Shown here in pieces: positions 36,823 through 45,969 of a stretch of 45,969 nucleotides of DNA. This DNA is from Gemmatimonadota bacterium. Its GTDB lineage: Bacteria; Latescibacterota; UBA2968; UBA8231. The notes below the pieces were generated by a model. That model was not told where the DNA came from. It did not search any database and saw nothing but the letters and a program-made list of their open reading frames with translations. The stretch covers positions 1 through 45,969 of the forward strand of contig JAYOYH010000018.1 in NCBI GenBank assembly GCA_038153405.1, given 5' to 3'. The position numbers and the translations under genes are program-made. How positions within the stretch are numbered: position 1 is the first letter of the stretch; every line of letters starts with the position of its first letter.

Positions 36823-39759
36823 GTGATCGACTCGTGCACAGGTCCGTCCCCTTTACTGCGTTTGGCCAGTGTGCTGCTCGTTCTGTGCTGGCTGCGGCCA
36901 ACGATCGCCGAAGGGCCGGTCCCTTTCCCCTATGAACTCCGCTGGAAGTCCTCGGTTCCCGCCGCGGGGCAGTCCGCGGTGGTAGAGTGGGATTCGCTGG
37001 TCTTTATCGCCCACGCAGAGGGGCGATTGGAGGCGCTGCGCAAGAGCGATGGCGTGCGCGTTTGGCTGCGGCGCGATATGGGACCGATGCTCCAAGCGCC
37101 TGTCGTCTGGCAGGGTGCGCTGCTGGTCGCCAATGCGTGGGGCGCGGTATACTCGCTGCGCGCAGATACGGGCGTTGAAAATTGGTCTTTTCAGCGCGTG
37201 GGCGGGGGAGATTGTGCGCTCGCCGTAGTCGACGGCACGCTCTACGCTTCGGCTGTCGACGGGTGGCTGTATGCGCTGAGTCTAGATGGTGCGGAGCGCT
37301 GGCGCGCGCGACTGGGCCCGCGCGGGGCGCTCGGTTTACAGGTGCACGATGGAATGGTATACGCCGGCGCGGGGGCCGGGATTGCCGCGCTCGAAGCGAG
37401 CAGCGGTCAACCCCTGCTAGCGATCGATATGGGCGCGCGGGCAACGACGTCGCCCCTCGTCGTCGACCAGCGCCTCTTCGCTGCGTCGGGCGACGGCTAT
37501 GTGCATGCCTACGACGTGCGCAGCGGCGAGTCGGTTTGGAGCGCGTGGTTGGGCGCTAAGGTAAAGGAGCCCATGGCTGTCGTCGGAAAGCGTCTCGTTT
37601 GCGCGGCCGACAACGGGTATCTCTACTCTATAGACGGGCGGGAAGGGCGCATTGAATGGCGGTTGCCCATGCCGGGCGGCGTGGCCGGCGGCGCGGTTCT
37701 GGGACCGCTGGGCGAACTGCTCGTGGGGTCGAATCGCGATAGCCTAAATGCCGTGAATCCGCTTACCGGACAGAGGCTGTGGTCCGTGCGCATGGGCAGC
37801 GGTCAGGGGCAGCGCATAACCGGGTTGAGCAATGGATTTTGGATTGCTGCCGCGGGTCGGTACGCGCATGCCTTTGCGCTGCCGGCGCGCAGCGCGCCCC
37901 CAGTCCCGGATGAACAGCGCACGTGGTGGGAAGTGTTCGTAGATGGCGAGAAAACAGGGTACATCGGGCAGGCGGTGCGTTCACGCGCGGAGAATGGGTG
38001 GCTTTTTGAAGAGGAACACGTCGATTGGCGCAGCGGCTTCCGCCGAACAGTCGGGGTCGTGGAGGTCGATAGCGCTTTTCGGCCCAATGCCCTCTGGGAA
38101 AAAGCGGTCGAGGGGAGGCAGACCGTTTCCACGCGCGCGCAGCGGAGCGGTGGTGTGGTCGCAGTTGAACGCGAGTTGGCCGGCTATGTCGTCAGCGACA
38201 GCGTTCAGCTCGATGAGACGGCTATTGCGGTGGATGCACTGTGGCTCAAATTGGCGCGCGAACAGCGCCTGCAGCCCGGCCGCCGCGATTCCCTGCGCAC
38301 CGTCGATATGACCCATGGGCGGGGCCGCTGGGTCTATTTAGACATGCGCGCTGAAGGCGACCAGCAGGGCCGCACGGCAATCGAAGTGGCCGTTTCGTCC
38401 GAGCGCAACGGTGTGCCCGAGATCGTGGCTTGGGTTGAGCGCAGCGGCCACGTCGTGCGAATACACCAGCCCGGGGCGCGCGTCGAACGGATCGTTGCCG
38501 ACCAACAGCGCGCTCGCCGCTGGGCTGCTCCCGGTGCCGAGCGGGGACCGATTCTAGACCGCTCCGTCCCGCATGCGCTTGCGATGGATTGGCTGGTCTT
38601 GGAACTGCCGGCAGAAATAGGCAACCCGCGGTCGCTGCTGGTCGAAGATGCGTGGCAGCGCCTGCACCGCGATGATGCGGGTCGCTGGTCGCTGCGCGTG
38701 CGCAAGCGCGCAGAGCCGCCGCTGTCGCAGCACCTGCCCTTCGACGATCCGGTGCTGCGTCCGTATATGGCCCCTTCCCTGTATGTTCAAGCTGACGATC
38801 CGCGCGTGCGCGACTTGGCCTGGTCGCTGCGCGGTGCCGAGCGCGATGCGTGGACGGTGGCCATGCGCTTACGGCGTTGGGTGTATGACCACATGGTGCC
38901 CCGCGATACCAACGTGCAGTTCAAGTCTGCGCTGGAAGTGCTCGACGATATGGAGGGCACGTGCAGCGAATATGCGGCCCTGTATATGGCCTTGTGCCGG
39001 GCTGCCGGCGTGCCGGTGCGCGCCAGCGTCGGTTGGCTCGTTGGCCAAGAGGGACAGCTCGTGCCCCATATTTGGTGTCAGATCTACGTGGGGGAATGGG
39101 TGGATGTGGATCCCTCTCAATCGGCCGAAGTCGTTGGCGCCGAACACATCAAGACGGGAAACGGCCTGCTCACAGTACAGGGCCTGCGCCAGCTCGGCCA
39201 CCCACTGACGCAGTGGATTGCATCGGTCGACACGCTGTCGGTAGTGGAATACAGCGCGGACGGCGTCCACTTTTCCCGGCGCGCGGCCGACCTCTACGCA
39301 GCTGCTGTGGAGGCCGAGCGCCGTTTCGACGATCCGCGTGCCGTCGAATTGTATCACCAAATTGACCAGCTGCCGTGGAGCGATCGCAGTGCCCTTGCGC
39401 TGGTGGGTATTGCCCGCTACCGCCTGCGCCGAGGCGAGTGGGACGATGCCCAATGGGCGCTAGGGCGGCTGCTGCGCGCCGATCCGCGCGGTGAGGGAGC
39501 CGACGATGCGCTGTTCTATATGGCCCGGTTGGCCGCTGCGCGCGGCGATAGCACAGCCGCTGTGGAGCACTGGCAAACGCTCGTGCGCGACTTTGCCGAC
39601 TCCGACTTTGCCGACGACGCGCTGGCTGAGCTAGCGGCACAGGCGGAGCGAAACGGCGGCTGTCGCGCCGCATTGGACTACTACGAGCGGCTGCGAGAAG
39701 CCTACAGCCGGTCCGGCTGGTCGGCGGTTGCCGCGTCGGCTATTGACCGCTGTAGATGA
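36823..39759 (+). CDS. Exported multidomain protein: PQQ-like (BamB-type) beta-propeller + transglutaminase-like domain + TPR
   Basis: Repeats such as GRLEALRKSDGVRVW, GYVHAYDVRSGESVW, GYLYSIDGREGRIEW; TGase GTCSEYA...CRAAGVPVR...HIW...WVDVDPS; TPR ADDALFYMA. Start uncertain (GTG 36823 chosen). Confidence 0.82.
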   Translation: MIDSCTGPSPLLRLASVLLVLCWLRPTIAEGPVPFPYELRWKSSVPAAGQSAVVEWDSLVFIAHAEGRLEALRKSDGVRVWLRRDMGPMLQAPVVWQGALLVANAWGAVYSLRADTGVENWSFQRVGGGDCALAVVDGTLYASAVDGWLYALSLDGAERWRARLGPRGALGLQVHDGMVYAGAGAGIAALEASSGQPLLAIDMGARATTSPLVVDQRLFAASGDGYVHAYDVRSGESVWSAWLGAKVKEPMAVVGKRLVCAADNGYLYSIDGREGRIEWRLPMPGGVAGGAVLGPLGELLVGSNRDSLNAVNPLTGQRLWSVRMGSGQGQRITGLSNGFWIAAAGRYAHAFALPARSAPPVPDEQRTWWEVFVDGEKTGYIGQAVRSRAENGWLFEEEHVDWRSGFRRTVGVVEVDSAFRPNALWEKAVEGRQTVSTRAQRSGGVVAVERELAGYVVSDSVQLDETAIAVDALWLKLAREQRLQPGRRDSLRTVDMTHGRGRWVYLDMRAEGDQQGRTAIEVAVSSERNGVPEIVAWVERSGHVVRIHQPGARVERIVADQQRARRWAAPGAERGPILDRSVPHALAMDWLVLELPAEIGNPRSLLVEDAWQRLHRDDAGRWSLRVRKRAEPPLSQHLPFDDPVLRPYMAPSLYVQADDPRVRDLAWSLRGAERDAWTVAMRLRRWVYDHMVPRDTNVQFKSALEVLDDMEGTCSEYAALYMALCRAAGVPVRASVGWLVGQEGQLVPHIWCQIYVGEWVDVDPSQSAEVVGAEHIKTGNGLLTVQGLRQLGHPLTQWIASVDTLSVVEYSADGVHFSRRAADLYAAAVEAERRFDDPRAVELYHQIDQLPWSDRSALALVGIARYRLRRGEWDDAQWALGRLLRADPRGEGADDALFYMARLAAARGDSTAAVEHWQTLVRDFADSDFADDALAELAAQAERNGGCRAALDYYERLREAYSRSGWSAVAASAIDRCR

Positions 39760-39841
39760 GGTGCATCGGTTTGGTGCGCGCGTTGGACTATGCGCTGGGC
39801 AATGCTTAGTTTTCTAGCTTTCTCGTCTGCATGTGAGGTAG

Positions 39842-40762
39842 GTGTTGCGTCTTCTTAGGTTGTGCGCCAAAAGCGCCCAAGCGCTGCGCGGGACGGTGCC
39901 GCTGCTGGCATTGCTGTGGTGGGTCGGATGCATCGATCGGCCCGAAGATCACATCCGTGAGCTGAAGAGTTTGCGCGAGAGCGAGCGCGTGCGGGCGTCT
40001 AATAAGCTCCTTCTCTATGAAGCCGATGAAGTCGTACCCCTATTGATCGACGAGGCTCAGTCGGGCTATATCCGCGTGCGCTTTGAGGTGATAGGTCTAC
40101 TGGGGCGCTTTAAAGATCCGCGCGGCATTCCGACGCTGATCGCCGCGTTGGACGACAAATCGCCCAATGTGGCGGCGCGTGCGGCGCTGGGTCTGGCGCA
40201 GCTGCGCACTGTCGATGCGCTGCCCCGCCTGCTGCACTACGCGCGCGACCCGTCGGAAGTGACGCGCCAATACGTTATCGGTGCGCTGGGGCCCTGCCAC
40301 TCGTATGACGTGGAGCCGGTATTGAGCGATTCGGCCCATAGGGTCGTTCTGGATGCGCTGCGCTCTCCGAAGATAAAATGGCGGATTGCGGCGTTGCAGA
40401 GCTTGCGCGAGTTCGGCTACAGGGACGGCGCTCGAGAAGTTATTCGCATGACGCGCGATCCCTCTCCCGAAGTGCGGCACGTCGCCGTGCAGGCGCTGGG
40501 GCAGATCGGTTCGCAGAAACACGTCGGCGACGAGGCGGTCGATCCCATCGCCTCGATCGACGAGGGCGTGCTCGACAACCTGCTCGAGGCGCTGCTCGCC
40601 TTGCTCGACGCCGGTGAACTGCAGAGCATTCGCACGAAAGCAGTGCGCGCGCTGGGCGATATTGGCGCTGCCCGCACCGTAGCAGCCCTCGAAATATTGG
40701 AGCGCGATGGCAGCGAAGAGGACAAAGTTGAAGCGCTGCGCGCCTTGGAAAAAATGCGCTGA
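39842..40762 (+). CDS. HEAT/PBS-lyase repeat protein, probable lipoprotein
   Basis: LLALLWWVGC lipobox-like; repeats VRFEVIGLLG, VAARAALGLA, VRHVAVQALG, IRTKAVRALG. Confidence 0.8.
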   Translation: MLRLLRLCAKSAQALRGTVPLLALLWWVGCIDRPEDHIRELKSLRESERVRASNKLLLYEADEVVPLLIDEAQSGYIRVRFEVIGLLGRFKDPRGIPTLIAALDDKSPNVAARAALGLAQLRTVDALPRLLHYARDPSEVTRQYVIGALGPCHSYDVEPVLSDSAHRVVLDALRSPKIKWRIAALQSLREFGYRDGAREVIRMTRDPSPEVRHVAVQALGQIGSQKHVGDEAVDPIASIDEGVLDNLLEALLALLDAGELQSIRTKAVRALGDIGAARTVAALEILERDGSEEDKVEALRALEKMR

Positions 40763-40792
40763 GTCGCGCAATTGACAAGATTGGAACTACGG

Positions 40793-41671
40793 ATGAATAC
40801 ATTGAAGTTGGGGCTGCCTTCGGGCAGTTTGAAGGACTCTACCTTTGATCTTTTTGAGCGCGCCGGCTACAAGATTCGACTATCCTCGCGCTCGTACACG
40901 CCCGAAGTAAACGATCCCGAACTGGAAGCGCTGATGTTTCGCGCGCAGGAAATAGCTCAGTACGTCGCCCGCGGCGTAGTCGACGTCGGGCTGACGGGCA
41001 AGGATTGGATACTGGAAAACGAAGCCGACGTGGTCGAGGTGAACGAGTTGGTCTACAGCAAGACGACCTCGCGGCCGGTGCGCTGGGTCGTTGCCGTGCC
41101 CGAGGAATCGCCCGTGCAGACGGTAGAGGATTTGCAGGGCAAGCGGATTGCGACGGAACTGGTGGGAGCTACGCGCCGCTATTTGGCTGACCGCGGCGTT
41201 GATGCAGAGGTCGAATTTTCTTGGGGTACGACAGAGATCAAAGCACGCATCCCCGGCCTGGTCGACGCCATCGTCGAACTGACGGAGACGGGCTCTTCGC
41301 TGCGCGCGAATCGACTGCGCATCGTCGATACGATCTGCGAATCGACCACGCGTTTTATCGCCAACAAGGAGGCGTGGGAGGATCCGTGGAAGAGGGAAAA
41401 GGCAGAGAACCTATTTATGTTGCTCAAGGGAGCGCTGGAGGCCGAGGCAAAAGTCGGTCTGAAGATGAACGTGCCGCGTGCCCGGCTCGACCAAGTGATT
41501 CGCACCTTGCCCGCGCTGCATACGCCGACTATATCCAATCAGATGGATGACGATTGGGTCGCCCTCGAAGTCATTGCCGACGAGCGCGAGGTGCGCGATA
41601 TGATTCCGCAGCTAAAGCGCGTTGGAGCAGAGGGCATAATAGAGTATCCGCTCAACAAAGTAATCTACTGA
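40793..41671 (+). CDS. hisG: ATP phosphoribosyltransferase (long form)
   Basis: [50 protein letters not shown]-terminal regulatory domain. Confidence 0.95.
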   Translation: MNTLKLGLPSGSLKDSTFDLFERAGYKIRLSSRSYTPEVNDPELEALMFRAQEIAQYVARGVVDVGLTGKDWILENEADVVEVNELVYSKTTSRPVRWVVAVPEESPVQTVEDLQGKRIATELVGATRRYLADRGVDAEVEFSWGTTEIKARIPGLVDAIVELTETGSSLRANRLRIVDTICESTTRFIANKEAWEDPWKREKAENLFMLLKGALEAEAKVGLKMNVPRARLDQVIRTLPALHTPTISNQMDDDWVALEVIADEREVRDMIPQLKRVGAEGIIEYPLNKVIY

Positions 41672-41672
41672 A

Positions 41673-42968
41673 ATGGACATAGTTTCCTATCCGACAGCGC
41701 CGCTAGCCGATAAACTGCAGGCCATCTTAGGTCGGCGCCTCGGCGTCGCCGACGACGTCGACGAGGCGGTGCGCCAGATATTGAGTCAGGTGCGCGCGCG
41801 CGGCGACGAAGCTGTTGCGGAATACGCACAGCGCTTTGACGGCGTTGAGATTGGCCGTCGGGGCTACCGCATGACGGACGCAGCGCTGGCCGGTGCGCTC
41901 GACAACCTCGACGATTCGCTGCGCGCGGCCATTGAAGCGGCGGCGGCCAATATTCGCGCCTTCCACGAGCACCAGCGCGATACATCGTGGTTTGTCGAGG
42001 ACGGCGATGGCGTGCTGCTCGGCAAGAAGGTCACGCCCATAGATCGGCTGGGCATTTGCGTGCCGGCCGGCGAAGTGCCGCTGTTCTCCAGTTTGCTCAT
42101 GTGCGCTATACCCGCGCAAATTGCCGGCGTGCGCGAGATCTGCGTGGTATCGCCGCCGCGGGAGGATGGCTGCGTGCATCCCATCATTGCCGCGACGGCG
42201 CAGCTCATAGGTATCGGCGAAGTCTATGCTGTCGGCGGCGCCCAGGCCGTTGCGGCGATGGCCTACGGCACGTCGACCATCGCTCCGGTAGACAAGATCG
42301 TCGGTCCGGGCAGCCCGTACACGGTGGCAGCGCAAAAGCAGGTCTTTGGCCTAGTGGGTATTCCGATGCTGCCCGGGCCCTCCGAAATTGTCGTCCTAGC
42401 GGATGGAGGTGCGAACCCGGCCTACATCGCCGCCGACCTGCTATCGCAGGCCGAGCACGGCTGGGGCGTGGCCTCCGTGTGCATAACGGACGCGCCGGCG
42501 CTGGCCGACGCTGTGGCCGTCGAAGTGGACCGACAGGCCGAGGACCTGCCGCGGGCGGAAGCCGTGCGCGCCGCGCTGAACGAGTACGGTGCGATTGTGG
42601 TCGTCGACGCGCTGGATACCGGCATCGAGCTTTTGAATCGCATAGCGCCCGAACACGCCGAACTGCTCGTCGCTGATCCCTGGCAGTGGCTCGACCGCGT
42701 GCGCCACTGCGGAGCCGTTTTTCTCGGTGAGGCGGCCAGCGAGCCGGTCGGGGATTATTTTGCCGGCACCAACCACGTTCTGCCGACCAACGGTGCGGCG
42801 CGCTACGCCTCATCGCTCGGCGTGAGGGACTTCGTCAAGACGACGAGCGTGATTGCCTATTCCCAAGCGCGCCTGCGCGATACGCATGCGACTATTGCTC
42901 AGCTAGCGCGCGCCGAGAGTCTAGAGGCCCACGCCAGAGCAGTCGAACTGCGCTGCAAGGAGGACTAA
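41673..42968 (+). CDS. hisD: Histidinol dehydrogenase
   Basis: GGAQAVAAMAYGT, VDKIVGPG, GPSEI, DLLSQAEH, APEH, GDYFAGTNHVLPT. Confidence 0.95.
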   Translation: MDIVSYPTAPLADKLQAILGRRLGVADDVDEAVRQILSQVRARGDEAVAEYAQRFDGVEIGRRGYRMTDAALAGALDNLDDSLRAAIEAAAANIRAFHEHQRDTSWFVEDGDGVLLGKKVTPIDRLGICVPAGEVPLFSSLLMCAIPAQIAGVREICVVSPPREDGCVHPIIAATAQLIGIGEVYAVGGAQAVAAMAYGTSTIAPVDKIVGPGSPYTVAAQKQVFGLVGIPMLPGPSEIVVLADGGANPAYIAADLLSQAEHGWGVASVCITDAPALADAVAVEVDRQAEDLPRAEAVRAALNEYGAIVVVDALDTGIELLNRIAPEHAELLVADPWQWLDRVRHCGAVFLGEAASEPVGDYFAGTNHVLPTNGAARYASSLGVRDFVKTTSVIAYSQARLRDTHATIAQLARAESLEAHARAVELRCKED

Positions 42969-42971
42969 GCT

Positions 42972-43568
42972 ATGGACCAGGAGCGCCGCACTGCGCGCGT
43001 TGAGCGCCGCACGTCCGAGACGGACATCCATCTGGAGTTTTGCCTCGACGGCAGCGGGGTCTGTCGCGCCGAGACGGGCATCGGCTTTTTCGATCACATG
43101 CTCAACGCATTTGCTCGCCACGGTCTTTTTGACTTGGACGTGCGCTGCGCGGGCGATCTGCACGTCGATCCGCACCACTCAGTAGAAGACGTAGGCATTT
43201 GCTTGGGACAGGCCATCGACAAGGCGCTGGGCGACAAAGAGCAGATTCAGCGCTACGGTCACAGCTATGTGCCGATGGACGAAGCGCTGGCGCGCAGCGC
43301 GATCGACCTGTCGGGCCGCGCCTATTTGGTGCTTTCTGCCTCGTTTGGCGACGAGCGTATCGGCGAATTCCCCACGGCGCTGGTGCGCGAGTTTTTTCAG
43401 GCCGTCACCGCGCAGGCGCGCATGAACCTCCACATCGACCTGCTGCGCTGTGCCAACGACCATCACGGCGTCGAGGCGATCTTCAAGTCGTTTGGCCGAG
43501 CCCTCGATGCGGCCAGTCTGCGCAGCGCGCGCATCGGCGGCGTTCCGTCGACCAAGGGCGCGCTGTAG
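42972..43568 (+). CDS. hisB: Imidazoleglycerol-phosphate dehydratase
   Basis: RRTSETDI, TGIGFFDHML, GDLHVDPHHSVED, PMDEAL, NDHHGVEAIFK, VPSTKGAL. Confidence 0.96.
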   Translation: MDQERRTARVERRTSETDIHLEFCLDGSGVCRAETGIGFFDHMLNAFARHGLFDLDVRCAGDLHVDPHHSVEDVGICLGQAIDKALGDKEQIQRYGHSYVPMDEALARSAIDLSGRAYLVLSASFGDERIGEFPTALVREFFQAVTAQARMNLHIDLLRCANDHHGVEAIFKSFGRALDAASLRSARIGGVPSTKGAL

Positions 43569-43762
43569 GAGGACCTCCCGCCGCAATCCCTTTCCGGATG
43601 GACCTAGCTGTACGCCCATCGGTTTCTGAGCCGTCGGGGTATAGCGCGCGTCATCGGCGTTGTTGCATCGAGCGCTGGTTTAGTGCGTATCGACTGGCGG
43701 CTGCTTGGGATGGGGTCTACCTTAGGGCGAGGACGGCAAGTCTGCGATCATAGAAGGGCTGT

Positions 43763-45969
43763 ATGGCAAAGAAAAAGAAAAGCGAACGAGTCGATGTGCA
43801 AGAGGCCGAGCGCGGCCAAGAGCGCGGCGTGAAGGCAGTGCCCATGTGGGAAAGGCGCTGGTTTCCGATCGCGCTCTTCCTGTTTTTGAGCGTGGTGCAT
43901 TTCCACGAATTCGTCCTGTCGGACCACATCATCTATGGCTACGACGCCGGTCTGGATTTCCATCAGGGCGAAGGCATGAGCTTTTCGGATAAGGTAGCGA
44001 CGGTGGCCCAGCCGATGTGGAATATGCAGATGGGTGGGCTGCCGCAGTCGGAAGAAATTCGCCCTCAGTATTTTCCCACGTATCCGATCTACTTCTTTAC
44101 CACCTTTCACCGCTATCTGGGCTGGCGCTACATACTGACCATGTTTGTTGCCGGTCTAGGCATGTTCTTCTACCTGAAGCAGATCAAGATCGCTCGCTGG
44201 GCTGCTCTATGGGGCGGGGTTGCCTATATGTCGGCCCCTACGCTCATGGCGTTTACCTTTGCGGGACAGTATGCCAAGATGGGCGTTATCGCCCTGTATC
44301 CGTGGATGTGGTACTTCCTAGACAGGGGGTTGGCCAGCCGACGCGCGGTTCATTTTGTGGGGCTGGCCGTGGCCATTGCCTGGGGCATTTATTCCCCGCA
44401 TCCCAAGATGCTCTACTACGCGCTGTGCGGAACCGGGCTCTACTTTGTCTTCCGCACCTATCAGTGGTATCAGGAGGAGCGCGATGGCCGTTTGTGTGCC
44501 CAGCGCGTGGGGCTCTTTGTCTTCGCCATCGCGCTGGGCTTGGGCATTGGAGCAGAGGGTACTTTTCCGCTCTACAGCTACACGGGTTCGGAATCCAAGC
44601 GCGCCGCCGGCGAAGAGGGCAGCGGCCGCACGGACGAAGAGCAGCTGGCCTACGCGCAAACGTGGTCGCTGCATCCGGAGGAAGTCGCGTCGCTGATCAT
44701 CCCGGAGTTTGGCGGTTTTCGCCTGCCCAAAGAAGGTCGCAGCACCTATTGGGGGCGCAATCCGGGCAAGGATAACTCGGAGTATTTTGGCGTCATTGTC
44801 GTAGTATTGGCCCTCGTGGCAGCGGCTGAATTCCGCCGCAGTGCCCTGGTGGCGTTCCTCTGTGCCCTGTTTATTCTGGCGCTGGCCTACACGCTGGGCG
44901 CCCACACGCCGGTCCACTGGCTGGCGTACCATCTGCTGCCGGGGATTAAGCTGTTCCGCGCTGTCGGCATGGCTGCTTACCTTTTTGCGTTTCCGGCCTG
45001 TATACTCGCGGCTATGGCCCTTCAGCGCCTGTTGCAAGCGGAAGACGACGGAGAGCGATCCACGCTGCAGCGGGCTCTGCTCGCTTCGGCCGGCGCGATC
45101 GCCGGTATCGCCCTCTTCGTTGCCGTGGCGCCCGGGGCGATGACCTCGCTGTGGAACGCGATTTTCTACAGCGATATACCCGTGCCCAAGGCGCGCGCAT
45201 TGGACGCTGGCTTGGACTGGCTAGCCCGGGGCAGCACCTACGTGATGCTGGTCGTCCTTGGCGCGCTTGGTGCGCTGCTGCTGCGCCTGCGCGGGGCGAT
45301 CGGCGCAGGGACGGCCGTGGCGGTCCTGAGCGTTCTGGCCATCTGCGATACGTGGCGGATAAATCAGGTCTTTATCAAGTACGAAAATCCCGCCGCCTAC
45401 TCCGATATAAAAAGGGAAAACGCGCGCGCCAGGCAGCTGATGCAAGAAGGGGACGACCTGTTTCGCCTATTGCCGCTGCCCGATCACCACATACTGCAGC
45501 AGTCTGGGCTGGGGTTGGAAGGAGTTCCCTCCATAACGGGGTTCAACAATTTGACGGTCGGTCGCTACGACCGCGTTCTGCGCCATATCGAGCCCGTGAC
45601 CAACCTGCTCTGGTCCAAATACGCCTTTGGCCGCGAAATCCCTTACGCCGATGCCGATCTACTGACGTCGATCCATCCGCTGCTCAACTTGCTCAACGGC
45701 AAGTATATCGTCGTTCCGCGCGGCATTCAGCTAACGCCGCCAGCCGATCGCTTCCCGCTCGTGGGTGAAGCGGATAACTACCGCATCTATCGAAATCCCC
45801 AGGCGCTGCCCTGGGCGTATCTGGTCCCGCGCGCAGAGTTGGTCACCGACGCAGATGAGGTCCTCGAGGCCGTGCGCTTCGTGGGGGTAGATCCGCAGCC
45901 CCCCGCTCGGGTGCAAGTCGCGGGGGCCAAAGGGCGTAACAAACCCCAAAAAGTTTCCAGGGGTAGCGG
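43763..45969 (+). CDS. YfhO-family polytopic membrane protein (3' truncated); not in the ORF track
   Basis: ATG 43763 after AGAAGGG: MAKKKKSERV..., PMWNMQMGGLP, TWSLHPEEVASLIIPEFGG, YWGRN, NSEYFG, LPGIKLFRA, LLNLLNGKYI, IYRNPQALPWAY; frame appears open to the window end. Confidence 0.85.
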   Translation, partial: MAKKKKSERVDVQEAERGQERGVKAVPMWERRWFPIALFLFLSVVHFHEFVLSDHIIYGYDAGLDFHQGEGMSFSDKVATVAQPMWNMQMGGLPQSEEIRPQYFPTYPIYFFTTFHRYLGWRYILTMFVAGLGMFFYLKQIKIARWAALWGGVAYMSAPTLMAFTFAGQYAKMGVIALYPWMWYFLDRGLASRRAVHFVGLAVAIAWGIYSPHPKMLYYALCGTGLYFVFRTYQWYQEERDGRLCAQRVGLFVFAIALGLGIGAEGTFPLYSYTGSESKRAAGEEGSGRTDEEQLAYAQTWSLHPEEVASLIIPEFGGFRLPKEGRSTYWGRNPGKDNSEYFGVIVVVLALVAAAEFRRSALVAFLCALFILALAYTLGAHTPVHWLAYHLLPGIKLFRAVGMAAYLFAFPACILAAMALQRLLQAEDDGERSTLQRALLASAGAIAGIALFVAVAPGAMTSLWNAIFYSDIPVPKARALDAGLDWLARGSTYVMLVVLGALGALLLRLRGAIGAGTAVAVLSVLAICDTWRINQVFIKYENPAAYSDIKRENARARQLMQEGDDLFRLLPLPDHHILQQSGLGLEGVPSITGFNNLTVGRYDRVLRHIEPVTNLLWSKYAFGREIPYADADLLTSIHPLLNLLNGKYIVVPRGIQLTPPADRFPLVGEADNYRIYRNPQALPWAYLVPRAELVTDADEVLEAVRFVGVDPQPPARVQVAGAKGRNKPQKVSRGS

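Noticed and set aside
43569..43762. 194-nt intergenic region as a possible ncRNA or riboswitch
   Set aside because: No recognisable conserved motif, terminator or repeat by eye; an Rfam scan would be needed
1..45969. CRISPR arrays, tRNA/rRNA (including tRNA-Sec), IS elements, prophage or defence genes
   Set aside because: No repeat-spacer pattern, cloverleaf, transposase or integrase seen; nearly all sequence is explained by CDSs

Overview
GC-rich, densely coding bacterial chromosomal window of about 40 genes. I recognised no rRNA, tRNA, CRISPR array or mobile element. Left to right: two sulfatases around an amidohydrolase; an SDR plus M14 peptidase; a surface-glycosylation region (two GT-C-like membrane proteins, three GT2s, two RfbE-like epimerases, RmlD-like reductase); S41 protease; small MacB/FtsX-type ABC pair, TauE, MlrC and Gfo/Idh/MocA; a minus-strand run guaB - SDR pair - hpnZ-like ADH - hpnW-like FAD oxidoreductase - K+ channel; MdlAB-like exporter, creatininase-family protein, rdgB and a TPR protein; a large PQQ-propeller/transglutaminase/TPR fusion; a HEAT lipoprotein; hisG-hisD-hisB; and a YfhO-like membrane protein running off the end. 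The best find is absent from the ORF track: a 76-aa SelW/Rdx-family selenoprotein gene (36478..36708, minus strand) with an in-frame TGA in a CxxU motif, a SECIS-like hairpin right after the TGA, a GAGGAG RBS and a perfect TTGACA-17-TATAAT promoter. The gene repertoire resembles Latescibacterota/Poribacteria-like heterotrophs, but that is only an impression. All family calls come from motif recognition by eye, without database searches.
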